Source of the DNA: Tubulanus polymorphus
Lineage: Eukaryota > Animalia > Nemertea
NCBI RefSeq assembly: GCF_964204645.1
Contig: NC_134031.1
Span: 6,944,001 to 7,008,000 of the forward strand
Direction of reading: 5' to 3'
DNA length: 64,000 bases
This document shows, piece after piece, positions 12,038 to 27,000 of this stretch. A program made the translations under genes and the position numbers. The notes under the pieces were generated by a model, which saw nothing but the letters and a program-made list of their open reading frames with translations, was not told the origin of the DNA and ran no database searches. Numbering within the stretch: position 1 is the first letter of the stretch; each line of letters starts with the position of its first letter.

Positions 12038-15000
12038 ATGGCTAGTTCCACATCCTCTGCCCAACACGCTCGTGCTAATCATTTATGTAGTCTACTCGAT
12101 ACGAACGAACTACGAGTCTCCGAAAATATAAAAGAGGTTATCCACGAGGATCTCAATGAAAGTAAGTACCGTGTACAACTCATCTTTAAATCATGTTGTT
12201 GATGTAAAATGCTGGGTGAAGATTACTGGGGGGATGAATGCCATATGGCAACATTGAGCTTTGATTGTCGCTAGCCATGATCACACGGAGTCGATTTGGC
12301 CCGGGCCAAATTGGCACGGATCATTTCCGGAACCAGTTGCAGTTCAAATGCCATCATTTTGACCTGTGCTTAAATGTGGCTCGGGCCTGGTTTGATGTTT
12401 TTGGTCGGGCCAAACAGGCACAGGCCCATTTGTGACACCTGTGTGAACTATATCAACTATCCTTTGGTTAACCAACTAACTCCACCTTGAGAATTGTTTT
12501 TCTTGTGGTTGAATAAATGTCAATTAAAAGTTATAAGATAAAAATTGAATTTAAAAGTATTTGTGTTTTTTTTAATGAAAGTAAAAATTGGCCATATTGG
12601 CAAATTGTTTAAGACATTAATTCAGGCCATATTTTCTGATTGATTCCTTTCACTGTTTTACCAATCAAAGCTCCACAAAATCCCCCAGTGACGATATTGG
12701 TACTGTAGCAGTATTTTCTCATTCATGATCTGTTTTTTAGCGCGTGAACCGTTACTACTGAACGCTATATTCGACTATTACATCGCATCGAATTCGGAGA
12801 AAAGCGTCGAAATTTTAGGCGGTATTCGTGAACCCCATGATAAGGTAAACTGGATTAGCAAATTAATTTCATCATCATATCATTACTGAGCTACTTACTT
12901 CAATGATGGAAAAGTTAACTTTGCCTAATTTGAAATGTTATGAGAAGAAACTATGTCCTTTTTTGAGTTACATATGACCAAGCATTGTAGACATAACTTT
13001 AAAGATGGAATAATAACTTCTAGATATCGGCAGCGTCACACAGGGTACCTACAACTCCTTGTTTCCTTAGAAATTCCTCAAAATGGAAAAATGCTTTTAA
13101 AGTTGCTTGAAACTCCTTTAATTTGAGCAAAATGCCCAAAACTCCTACTCCTTCAATTTTGAGAAATAAGCAATTGGAAATTATTGTCTAGTTTCTGTTT
13201 ATACATTAGACTACACCTAAATCGGTATGCTTGGGACCAGGATTTTTTTAACCAAATTAGGCGGTTAATGCATTAGAGGATAGAAGTTAGCTTACCAAAC
13301 CACCTAGACAGTCTTGATTTAGGAGGCATCTACAGTAATTGGGATATGAAATGATGCAGACACTCCCTCGAAATTTTCTCCTTCAAAACTACTTGATCTG
13401 TAGGGACCCTGGTTTAACTCAATGCTATTATTTATTATCCAGAGCTGCCAACTGTTCCTGATTTTCAGTATTTGTTACTATTTTGTAACGAGAAAAACTT
13501 GATTGAGTTGATTAGTTCGATGCATACAGAAATATGAAAGATGTTACTGAGCGTCTTACTGTTGATTACTGATTTATTTGAACATTTTCTTTCATACTTC
13601 AATGAAATGTTACTGAAAAAAATTCAATTTGTTACTGATAGCACTTTTCAGAGGTTGGCAGCCCTGATTACCGATGATAAGATGTGTTCAAATCAAGCTG
13701 TTGTATATTCTATTTTTACCAGCATTTATTCGACAAATGTAATGAGTACATGAAACTAAATCAGACGAAACTTCCGACATTGAATCTACTCGGCTATATC
13801 GTACGCAAACAACCGTCATGGCTGCACAAGATCGTCAATCATACTTTGTTCACGACGATCATCAAGTGTTTGAAGGTAAGAATTGAAATCGGGTATACAG
13901 CGCGGTCCCTTCGTCTCAATGATTCCTTAAAATCTCCTTCTAAACAGAAGATGCTTTTAAGGTGCTTGAAACTCCTTTAATTTGAGCAAAATGTCTGAAA
14001 CTCCTTTGAAACTGTTTCAATTTTGAGAAATAGCCGATTAGAAATGTTTATATTTGTACAGAAAGCTCTACCTAAATTGGTACAGTTCGGGACCTGGATT
14101 TCTTTCTCACCCAATCAGGCAGTAACCGAAACACAGCCAACGACATCCATTCTCCTCCGGCGGGGATTCTAACCTGAAGGCATCGTTAGACTCAGCCATG
14201 GCGCAAAACCCTGCAACACTTGACCGAATGCGCAGGTAGTTGGGCAGATTGCCAGTTGCGTAATCACAAATTTCACGAATAGACTATAAATGGAAAAACC
14301 CGGGCTAAAATAAAACCGGATTTCTGATTGGCTAATAATGACAAAACTGTGCATGTAGCTGTGCACTTGATCTAGTGTGGCAGGATTTCGTACTGTGGTG
14401 AATCTCGGGTTCGAATCCCTGCTGGAGGAGGATGAGGGCAACTAGAAATGCACCCGAGGACGAATTTTAAACCACAAATGTGACACATATCTAAGACATT
14501 ACTGGATATTATAAAACTGCGTATATTCTTTTTCTTTTTAAAATTATAGACGGATACAGATGTACCGATATTAATGAGCGCCGCTCTCATTGTAACTACG
14601 TTATTACCAGTAATACCAGTAGCGGTCGGCAGCTATCTCAACGATATATTCCTCGTGTTTGGGAGATTGGCTGATTTTGCTACGATGAAACCAGGTCTGT
14701 CGATGAAGTCTAGTCAAAACTTAGAAACCGTCAGAAAATAAATCGTAAAATTATCAACTGTGGGTTTTACTCATTAAAACTTAATTAAGTCTTTAAACTG
14801 CCTCCTTTTTAGTTTTATGTAAGTCTTTTAAAAAAAGTCTTCAAATTTAGATATCCTTACTCCTTAATACTATGAACCTTGCTATAACATGTATTTGACC
14901 AGTGATATTTTTATACGTAGGCAATATCCCCGACATATTTCTGCTACATTTACAAGTAAGCGTCTACGCGCTGTTTCATCGTCTGTACGGGATGTACCCG

Positions 15001-18000
15001 TGTAACTTTCTTGCATTTCTACGCGCTTATTACAACAAGAAAGAACGAATGCTGACTTTCAATGCGACTATCAAGGTTTGTGTTGTTTTGTTTCTTTCTG
15101 AAATCTTACGTGATTCAAAGAAAATATGAGAGCATAGAATAGAACGTATGTATGCATTAGCGCCAACGTATTGTGTTCCTAGAAAAAAATTAGGTAGAAA
15201 AAGATTAGGTAGGCTATGTAGGACAGTTCCTGACCACTTGACCTACATAAAACCTATCTGATAAAGGAGGCATTTTGTTTAAAAATTTTTTCCTCCCGTC
15301 ATGTACACGGCAATGAATTACAAAACCAAATATAGCTGCAAAGCAGTGATAAATGGGTTCTGCCTTGCTGGTTGAAATTAATGTTGTAATAGAAAGTGTA
15401 CAAAGATTTTGTCACATTTTCACGATTAAAATACTACGCTACCTTAACCAGGAATTCAGTATGGTTTTGAATGACAAAAGGACCGATGTTTCAAAATTTT
15501 CGAATTCATCAAAAGTTTTGAAACAATGGTTCTTTCGTCTTGTCGTTCATGCTGAAATAAACCTCGAATTTTCATGGCTTTCTGCAATTCAAAACGCTTA
15601 GATCCCTCCCACGTTGGATTCAAATGAAAATTGCAAATGAAATTCGTTTCTGTTTCAGCCCATGCTCGAGCGAGTTAGAATGCACCCGTTGTTGGTGACT
15701 GCCTCGAAAGACCAAGAAGTTTCCACGTCGCGGTTAGTACCTTTCTGTCTTATTTCTGGCCTTGATATTTTCATATATCAATTTATATGCTTTGTTTAGA
15801 TGTTAAATTATTAGGAATTGAAAAGTGAAACACAAACTGAAACGAACTGAAAAGTGATCCCTTAAACATTTTCACTGATTTTTCTGGTACCGGTACCCTA
15901 TAATTTTGTTTGAGAATAGGATAAATTGTATGAAGTTTAAGCTAGGAAAGTATATTATGATAAAACCTGTCTATGGCGAACACTTGTCGTTCTGGGCAAA
16001 ACGTTCACCGCATATACCGGTAGGTGTCCACTGTAGAGAGGTGTACACCGTAAAGAGTTATTCGCTGTAGAGGTGTGTTCACTGCAGAGAAGTGTCCACT
16101 GTAGAGGTGTCCATTGTAGAGATGGTACAATTATTTGCAAATGAACTAGAAAATTTTGGTAGGTTCCTAGAAAAAAGTGTTTGTTATGGGAGATGTTCAC
16201 TATTGAGAGGTGTTCACTCAGGAGGTGTTACCATATTGAGTTCGTTAACCTAACGGCAGACCTACAAATACCAATGATGCGCGCTAGATAAACCGGGCGC
16301 GAAATTTTATCGTTCTAGGTGGAAGCACATGGAAATCCATGACATCATTATCGAATGCGCGAAGATGTCGTTAGACGTGATCGAAGGAACGAACGAGCAA
16401 AACGGACAACTGACGTTATTGAATTCTTATCGAGAACACTTTCTGTCGGATAAACCAGCTAACGTTAGAACTCTGCTTAATCGTGAGTAATCATCGATTA
16501 GGCTTCTCGCCGGAATGACTTTATTTCGTTTGCAACGAAATCTAGATGTGTTTTCGCAGTTTCAAGTTTCTATTTTAACCCTTTCAGTGCTGACTAATCA
16601 ATACCCTATAGTGCTGGAGATAATTTGAAAATTTTGAAAAATTTCACCCTAGTGTGTTGAATAATGGGAATATCACTATAGTGCGTATTTACCGCGGTGC
16701 GGTATATCGTTAGTTACTAATATTTCTCTATGTTTGACAGGTGCTGCCATCTTTCAATAGAGATAAAAACTAATTACATCGATACACCGCAGTGCGGTGT
16801 ACTAGCAAAATCCATCACCGAATCATACACTGCACTGCGGTGTAGACGCGCTGAAAGGGTTAAATTGAAAATAATTTTGTTTTCAATTGCTGGTTCTCGG
16901 CTTTCGTTCAGACGCTAGTTTTCGTACAATCTGTCTGTATGCGTGTCAGCTACTCAACTTCGTAATAGTGGGTCGATCTTGATGAAAGTTGAGTACAATG
17001 TTAGTATGGTGGTCTGATGGTGCGGTGCAAAGAATGAGCACCACCTAGTGGCAGAACTAGGCACTAAAAACTGTTTTTCAGCGAGATGACCTCATGAGGA
17101 ACGGGGTTGACTTTCAAAAAGTAGTGTTGACAAAATTTCCCTATTGGCCCTAGATGCAACATATCCAAAATGCATTGGGAACTAGCGTATGGTAATGTCA
17201 GAGTTCCAGATTCGAGCCTGAGCCTGAGAACCATTATCGCCTGTGGCTTGTTAGACTCAAAATAAACTTGCGACTAATAAAACAGGGTATTGTGAAACAT
17301 ATATGGGGTTGCATTTGGCTACAGTATTCATAAGGTTATTTTGAATGTCTTCGAAATTCGTCGTTAAACGGAATTTTCTTGTAATTTTAGAAACTGCTGG
17401 ATTGAAGGCGTCTGACCTGAATTCAAGAGGAGTAGATTTGTCTCTAGTGTTGTCGAACAGTGATATGTTCAGTCCGTCGGCCGCTTGTGGATTGTCTACT
17501 CCTCCGCGTAGACTGTCTCCGGTTTACGGTACGACCACCAACGAAATAGCTTCGGCCATTTGTAGCACATCTTACCAGGGTAAGTTTTACTTGTTCGGTT
17601 GAGATACACATTGTAATAGTGATTGGCCTGTGAATACTCTTTTTAAGTTTTCAAAGAACGTTTTAGGACGACTGAATTATTTTTATTGTACCCTAGCAAC
17701 AAAGTACAGATTGGGAACATACTGGAGTCAGCTAGTTCATTTGTGTAATTCTTGTGCGGATACTCTGCTAGGTCTCTGGTTGTGTTTTGATGAAACTTGG
17801 TACGACTATTCAAATGAAGATTTGCTCTTGCTGTTAATTTTTTGAGATAATCAAATATGGCTGACTGGCAGCCATTTTGGCATCTATGTAGTTGATTTTG
17901 TGTGGACGACATCCTTTCTAAGGTTTCTTATTGTTCACTATGATAATTGGTACACATATTACTGGATCCCTACAACTCCTTGATTCCTTGAAAACTCCTT

Positions 18001-21000
18001 CTAAACCAAAATGCTTTAAAGGTCCTTGAATATCCTTGAATTTGAGCAAAATACCTGAAGGTCTTTGAAAACTCCTTGAATTTTGAGAAATTGGCGATTA
18101 GAAAATTGTTAGGTTTTAGGCCTAGTTATTATACACACAGATTCCACTGAATTAGATGGTTTACAGAGATAAACATTACGGATTTAGGAGGAGTACAGCA
18201 ATCGGGATATGAAAGTCATAGGCCTACATACATTCCTTGAAATTAAAATTTTCACCTTGAAAATTGCTTGAATTCTGCAATGATTGATCCGTAGGGACTC
18301 TGTATTAAGTAGCTGTACACCTGCCGACAACTCGCGGGCCTTTCAAAAACTGTACAGCATTGGGCACAGGTATTGTTCCGCCCATCACTGACATTTGAAG
18401 ATTATCGAAATGTTGTTGTATTTTGTAGCTGTTCCGCACACAACTCCAGTGCCTACATCCGATACTCCCGTAGACGATAGCTTTGTAAGTTTGTGATTTT
18501 CATCCCACTGTAAACACTGTCACTGATTAATATCTTGTAATCGCAAAACAATCACGAACCAACTGTGATTCATTCTAGTTCACAGGGTTGCCAACCAGTC
18601 ATAGAAAGTCTTTAAAAAGTGCTTACTTTTGTCAAAATTTGGAAAGCCTTTGTGTTTAATATTAAGTCTTAATATGAAGTCTTACTTTCACGAAAAGTGT
18701 TTAATCAACCCAAAAAGGGTAATTCAATGAATACCAGATAGTCTTTGGATTTTTGGGGTGCTCCAATTTGTTGTGATCCTGGTTGTGATTGATTACGCTA
18801 TGATTTTAGCCAGTGACTAGCTTAAAATGTTTTGAGAGTCAAAAAAGTGCCTATGAGTGCTTACTTTTGCGTCGGCCTTACTGCTGCTAAACCCTGGGAC
18901 CAGTTTTGAAGATAGTTGTCATCTTAAACCAAGGGGTTTACGCAATTGAAGCTGAATTGAGTTAACACCGCGGGTTGGAGTCTACAAAACTTGTCCCTAG
19001 TTAAGTTAGCAGGTAGCATATGTTGTGTATACAATTATTTGATTCTCAAGTTGATACCAGTCTATAAAACTGTGCCCTGGCAAAGTTAGCAGGTATTGAT
19101 TTGTTTAATTCTAGAATCATTCTCAATGTGGATCTGCAGCTAAACAGCGAACCTCTTTACCGTCGCTTCAACTGAAAACTACTCCCTCGCCGTCAACCGA
19201 AGTTCCCCCGTCTCCCGTAAAACGAGAGTTCACTAGTCAACCGCCGGTTAGAGCTATACGCATGCAGGTGAAGAAAGCTGAACTGAATTCGCCGACGAAA
19301 GCGCCGCGAGATTCCGCGAATCGGAACGGCGATGTCGGTCAGATCAGCGGTCGACTGCCGCTTCATCAACAGCAGCATCACGACTCGCTCGGACTGAGCG
19401 GGTTGGACGACCGGTTCAACGTCGATTTACCAAGGAGCACCGGCAGAGACGAGTGGGCGATCGTTCGAAAAGAATCGCTAGAATCGAATCGTAAAGAATC
19501 CGTCGATGCAGCGGCGCAGAATCGACGAGATTCGTCGGACGCGCGTGACCTTCGCATGGAGGGTAAGCGTAGGTTCTGAGCGGTAGCAGAAATTTTCTTT
19601 GAACGCTTTTGTAGAAATATGTGTCCAATACAGGGTGGCCACCTACCTGGAAATCAGGAGAAAATCAGGAAATTTTCTTTTCTTTAGAAATGTCAGGGAA
19701 TAGTCAGGGAATTTTGTTCAAAACTGCTTAAAATCAGGATAGTTAGCAAAATTTGTTGAGATTGTTAGATTGTAGCTTAAAGTCAAACAGTTTCCCTCTA
19801 TGTCTTACTTATAACTTATTTACTTACAACTTATTCAACTTATAACTTATTTTAACTTACTTATGTCTTACCTGTGTCAATTATTCGGATTCTTAGCAGA
19901 TTAAGTCAGGGAAAACAATGTGCGTGTCAGGGAACAAGCAAGCCAAATATCAGTGGCCACCTTGAAATATTTGAAAAAAAATGTTTTTGTTATTTTTCAG
20001 TTCATGAACGAAGAAACTCTTCTCCGCCTGTCAGGCGCGATTCCGCTGAAAATCAGCTGTTGGCAGTACCGCATGCTCGAAACGGAGTCAAGTTCGACTT
20101 GTCGCAGGATAAATCTCCTAATATGGACATGTTGCCGTTAGTAATAGAGAAATTATCAGAAAGAGGTTCTGATGATAAACACCACTGTGATAACGGTAAT
20201 CATATTAGATTTTTACTTTCATCTGATATCTGTTCATCTGCTGAGTTGTGGAAATAGAAGAGTTAAAAACCCAGGGCCCAATTGCCTAGGAATTTGGTTT
20301 TAAAATCTGTTAGTTAAATTTCAACCAAATCGAACCGGCAGGTCTGGAAATAATGAGGAAATTTCTTCAATAATAATGTTCAAATTAGCACATTGCTCAT
20401 ATTACGATTCAATGCAGTTTGCGCTATAGGACCCGCATTGAACCCGAATGCAGCAATCAAACTAGCAAGTAGATAATCCTCTTCGGGGAGTGCGCAAATT
20501 TAAAAAGGGCCTTAGAGCCAGGGTACCTACAACTCGATTCCTTATAACTCCTTCTAAAATGGAAAATGCCTTTAAAAGGTGCTTGAAAATCCTTTAACAC
20601 AAGCGAAATGCCTGAAACTCTTCTATTTCGAGTACCAGGATTTGTAGCCTAATGAGGCGGTTACCAAATTAGAATAGATAGCAGTATGCTTACAAAACCG
20701 CCGAATTAACAGTTTACCGAGATTAACAGATCCGAGAGTCTACTGCAACTGGTATAAATGACGCTTGGTCGAAATTTGAAATTTTCTCCTTTAAAAGACC
20801 TTGTCAACTCCTTATATCCAGGAATGACTGATCTGTAGATACCCTGAGCGTGCAGTTTCTAGCAGTTCGATGCTGAAGGCATTTTTGTTCGTTAATTCGT
20901 TTTCAGAAATGGATAAAGAGGTCTGTGATATAACCAAGAACAACAGTAGTAGCATAGAAGACTGTTGTAACCAGTTGACCGCACAGTCGGTCGCGCCGTA

Positions 21001-24000
21001 CATCAAACGCTACAACCGTCAACGATTCAACAGCATGAACTACGACGCGATGTTCGCCGCGCAGGAGCCGGTGAAACGCACGGTCAGTTGCCCGAATCTG
21101 TCGCCCGCTCAATTCACGTCGGAATCGTCGTCGGAGACGGTCGTCTCGGACAGCGGGGGCGGCGGCGCGCAGCAGACGGATAACGCGTCTTCACCGCCGT
21201 CTGTTGGTAAAAATCAGAACAATGTGAAGCGAATGCTGAGTAATTCGCCGTGCGTCGATCATCAGCAGACGCGGCCAAGGTTGCCGTACGAGGATATGTT
21301 CCCGTTTGCGCTGCCCTACACGCCTATCATTCAATGTCAGCGGTGTCTAGACCGCGCGTACACTACGCCCGATTATACCAAACTTGTATTTAGCGGATTG
21401 CCACAACCTATGATGACGATCGGAGCGACACCGAAAGTTTTAGGTTGGTAGAAATATATTTATTTTGTTCACTGATCTACCAGTGTCGACGTCTGGACCT
21501 CAGTTTTATATCATGCCCTGTAGAGAGAGGCTTTCAGCCATTATTTGTCTGGAGTTATAATGCGGATATTGATTTGTAGTCATGTGGAACAAGCCCCTTA
21601 TCAGACCATGATCACTTTGAAAGTTTTGTGATAAGATCACTAATGTCTATACGAGAGAAATCCCGCAATAATTCAGTCAAAGAGTAGAAGTCTTGCGTGG
21701 AAGTAGAAGTATTTGAGTAATGTTTGACTAGACTACTAGCCATCATCAGGCGTACTGAATGCTCCTGGACAGTACGCCTGGTGATGGCTATTACGGTAAT
21801 CTAAAGCCAAAACGTTCAAATGTGTAAATCTTTTACTCAAGCCCTACATCTTTGTCTGAATTATTGTGGGATTTCTCTCGCGTATATTCATCTTAAACAG
21901 TTATTGTGTATCTCCTCGACCTATCACTAATATCTTTGTAGTGTTCAATGAAAATAATAGAATATTTGGATGATAGAGTGTGGATTGAGGCAGTGGGTCC
22001 AAGCAGCAAATTGATACCTTGCTTTAATGAAACTTCAATGGTCCGAGGCCCACTCGTCGTGAAGTCACTTCTGATCTTTCGCCCTTTCTCTGCCTTCCTA
22101 ATTCATCTCCCGAGTTCCTGAGCAGATGGAACCTTGCTACAGAAAATGTTGTTATCATTCCAATGCGGTTTGTTTTTAGGCAGTGAAATTCCATTATTTA
22201 CTCAACTATCTCCACCGGAATTATTAGATCGTCATTTACATCTCGGAGGTAAAGAACACATGTCCCTTACTAGTCACGAAAATATCGACTGGACCCACTT
22301 TGGAGGTAATCATTCAATAATTAAGATGTAAATCATTGAATCATATTAGTTTGTTCTCAACTCACGAAACAGGCATCGAAAATCTCTTCCTACTCTGGGA
22401 AAACATGAGGTATTTCTGACAAAGGTTTTGTGTCAATTCAATTTAGATTTTGACCCAAAAAAAAGTCAGTCCTGGCTAAATATGGCACTATGTGTTAGGC
22501 CGTTAGGCCTATTTCTCTGATGTATTTTTTCGCCACCACTTAACACCACAATTTATGATATTAACCCTTTCAGTGCTGACTAATCAATACCCTATAGTGC
22601 TGACTAATCAATACCCTATAGTGAAAATTTTGAAAAATTCCACCCTAGTGTATTGAATAACAGGAATACCACTATAGTGCGTATATACTGGCTGGGTATA
22701 TCGTTAGTTACTAATATTTCACTATGTTTGACAGGTGCTGCCATCTTTCAATATAGAGATAAAAACTAATTACTAATTGCATCAATACACTGCAGTGCGG
22801 TGTACTAGCAAAATCCATCACCGATTCATACACCGCACTGAAAGGGTTAATGCGAGTTGTTACTAGTTTAAAGATCAATATTTTATACTGTTTTACTGTA
22901 CATATAAGCTATCGAATCGTTAAACAAGTAACAAACCTCTTATTGATAACTGCAATTATGGTGTTCAAAAGATTCCATGAAGTAGTTGCGAAAAAATAGT
23001 CAGCCCCTGATTTTGCTAAAGCATAGTGACCAGAGTACAAGAAGAAGTGAATTTCCCTAAACATTACGCCTGAGTTCCAAGTCTTAACGTGTTCAATCAA
23101 AACCTGCCTTAATGTTAATCTATTTCGAGTTGAGAACTTACGTCATTTCCTGAAACACCTTGTCAGTAAGATTTGGTTTCATAGCGATTCAAACCCGTTA
23201 ATTTGATGTTATTCATATGATTGTCCAGCTCTTTATTATTTTCACTTGTTGAATATCCTTCACTTATCCTTAAGACCCAGTTTCACATTTTTGCGTTCTA
23301 TACTTTAACTCTAGCATGAAAATGAAAATTTAAACGATCACTATAATTCATCAAAAATAGAATAAAAGTTGCAAAAAATCCTAATTGATTACAAAATGAA
23401 TGCCAAAAGTCACGATTGTAATTGTTATTTTGAAACGCCAATTGATGACGACTCGCACAGAACCTCTAAAATAACGCATATTAGGTATCAATGTATATAA
23501 ACATCGTTGTAACGGTTTTTACGGCGTCAAAGAATTGTCCATCTTTTATTACCGCGCTTAAATCCAAAGAGTAAAATTTAACCCATAACTGTGTTATTGA
23601 ATGTTGTTCTTAAGTTAGAATTTCCTAACCATTCGTATAATTGATATGATGAAGTGTTGTATTTGTCTAGGGTTACCGCCTGCGGATGAGTTGAATGTTC
23701 TGTATAATCAGGTGCAGTTGTTACATATGCAGTTAATGTTCGAACGACACAAACGCGAACAGCACGCGCAACGAAACAGACGCCAACTTGGAAAAATCGT
23801 CGAAGCGACCGCGCTGCAGGAACAAAACAAAGCCATGGTGTGTCCCTATTAAACCTTGTGAAAATTCTTTTAGTCCACAAGTTCTAATGCAACTACCCTT
23901 AGGCTATCTATAAACTTGCAACCTGGAAGGAACAGCATTCACTGCTATTGCGACAGGGTCCCTTCGACTCCTTGATTCCTTTAAAACTCCTTCTTAACAG

Positions 24001-27000
24001 AAGATGCTTTTAAAGGTGCTTCGAACTCCTTTAATTTGAGTTAAATGCCCAAAACTCCTTAAAAACTCCAACAGTTTTGAGAAATAGGCAATTAGAAATT
24101 TTTGTCTAGTTTGTAGTTATACAGTAAGTAACGCCTAAATCAGGACCAGGACTTTTTTTACCCAATTATGTGGTTACTGAATTAGAAACTGAATATAGGT
24201 AGTGTTAAGAATAAGAATTTGCTCACGAAACCACCAAATTAATGGTTTACTGAGATAAACAGTACAAATTTAGGAGTCTACTGTAGTTGGGATATGAAAG
24301 TGATGCGGACGCTTCTTGAAATATGAAATTTGCTTGAAAACTCCTCATATCCAGGAATGACTAATCTGTAGGGACCCTCATTAAGCAGAGAAGATGTTCA
24401 GTGTTTGCTAACCATCTTAGGCCAGTTCCTCAAAAGTTAGATAAAATTTACCAGTGGCTAGTCGATATAGGGCCTAGTGATAATTGAAAGTTCATTGTTA
24501 CCATAGTATTCATCAGCCAGATATCTTAAACCAACTTTTGAGCAACTGGCCCCTGTTTAGTCTAGGTATCCTGACCACGCAGGCACAGATCCAGGGCCAT
24601 TCAGTGACTACAGCATAGTGAAAAAAGGGCACCAACTTTGAAAAGGGCCTGTATTAATGCCCAGCGAGTGAGTTTGAGTTTGAGTGCCATTTATTGGTAT
24701 CATGCCACTTAATTTGCCTTCACATTCAATTTGTGTTTTTTTTTTAGATTTTTGGCGAAATTTGCCCTTTTTCGATTAAATTTATAGAGCAACAATAATG
24801 TCTGTAATGAAAATTGCCATAGATTGCCTTTTTTGATTTTGGCCAATTTATTTTCATTCACATTTTGCTTTAGGCCTAGTACAGAAAGGCAGTTATTGTG
24901 TGCCCTTTTATTTACTTTTTTCCCGAATTTTTCAAGGGCATTTGAAAACTGCGACTACTGCACGTGCTGCATGCGCGATAGTCTGGATCCGCGCCTGACA
25001 CGTGTGAAGTCTGGTCAATCCTGTGTCAAATGCTGTTATATGTATTTGAATGTTTAATTTGTGTATATTTTTTGTATCGTAGAAAGATCAGATTTGTCTT
25101 CAAGAAAATGAAATACACTCATTGAACATCGCTTTGAAATTGCAACAAGAGGAAACGAGGCGTTTAAAGGAATCGAAAATGAAAACCGAACTCGAATTGG
25201 ACAAGAGACTAAAGTAGGTTGCACAACAGAGATATGGATATCTCTCAGCCTTCGATATTATAAGAAACGTTTTGATAACAAATTATTTCATTTACAGAGA
25301 GGTGGAACAAGAAAGCGAAGAACTGAAGTACAGAAATAAAGAATTAAAAAGTCAAGTTTTGGCGCAACGTGAAGATTACAACAAACTTTTAAAGGTGATG
25401 CACGGTACCCAAGTGTCCTTTGGGCGATAAAGATTATCATTGGTGCCTCTTTCCGGCAGGGGTATTAAATAATTGATTAAAACGATGTTATCAGTGTCAA
25501 CTGTAGATACCAGTAAATGAAAAGTGCCACTAGAATTCATCCGTCATTCCACTTGATGATGGCTGTTAGTCAACAGCTGAAACACTGTGGTTTCATTTCC
25601 TGGTTGCTTGCTTGGACCTTAAAGGAGTGCATTTGAAATCGCTATTCAGTGTCTTTAAAAATTCAGTGTGCCCCAAGGCTGCTTTCTGCTGAAATTTAGC
25701 CAAATACTGTGCGTCTAGTGTTAGGTTTCAAAATATATGATAAGATACAGTGGAACGTCGTTATTACGAGTAAGCCTACCTGGGGCAATAGAAAATTATT
25801 CTTATTAATGTGAATTCGTAACGCGCAATCCAATGTATATTTCCCGCCAATAGTTGTCGATCAATTCCTAGCATGCCGCCACATGTTCACTGTTTGTATC
25901 ATTGCAATAGACTGACAGTAGACCACGTGGCATTGATTGATAAAACTCTTAGATCTTATCGTCATACTGCACGTGTAATATGTCCGATTCAGGTGATCAT
26001 ATTGACCACCTTGATTTACTAGGGAAATGAGACATAGGGATTGAAAATGTTCATCTTTTTAACAAATTTTTCGTATCGTCTCGTTCGTATGAAACTGATT
26101 TTCGCATTAGTAGTTTGTACTACTTTTGGGCGGGATATTAAAAAAAAATCATCGTTATGCTGCAAGTTTCGTAATAGGCCGTCTCGTACCAACAAGCTTC
26201 CACGCTGTAGTTCAGTCTCGTAGAGTTATCAGTTTTGAATTCTCGATATCGTTACGACGTATGTTTGTAGACGTTACAAGACTCGAAGTCGCAACTGTTT
26301 AAAGTCGCCCACAAGATAATGGCGATGAAGTCGACGATAAATCGAACACATTTACTACAAGCGACCGTCGAACGTTTGAATAAAGAATTGTTGATGATGG
26401 GAGAATTGCAGAAAAAGTATCAAGAGAAATTAGCTCATTATGCGACGGCGTCGAGCGGGGACGAGATGCTGCATCTGTTGTTACAAGCTCATAAAGCGGA
26501 AATTGCTGGTAAGTGGCTGTTGACCTTTTTTTCGGAGAGGGCGGTCTTGTCTAGTATATGGAATTTCGTTATTCGCAGACTTTCGGAATTTATTTTGTAG
26601 ATTTGAACTGTAAATTGTCGCAGAAATGTGTCGAAATAGAGGCGAGTAAAGCTAAACTGATGGAATTTGAGGACATCGTGCATACAAAGGTCAGTCCAAT
26701 GAAATATCTTTCGATTAGACTGCGGAGAAGTTAGCTGTAATCTTGGGGGTCGCGTACACCATGTTAAGTCCGTAGTGCATAATTTGGGCCTAGAAATATT
26801 TGCAATGATTAAGGAAGCAGTACCATAGGTAGATATACACCTAAAAAGTATATTAGGAAAAATATATTACTTTTCATGGGCGGATCCAAGGGGAGGATGC
26901 AGGGGGTACCCCCCCCTGAAAAAAGTGTAGAGTTTTCCAGAAGTTTTACGGCAAAATGAAATATATTAAACTGATACCTAAAAATGTTTAAATTCATACA

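Noticed and set aside
14150-14433. tRNA gene suggested by GGTTCGAATCC
   Set aside because: The motif is part of the inverted termini of a multicopy element, and no full cloverleaf is evident.
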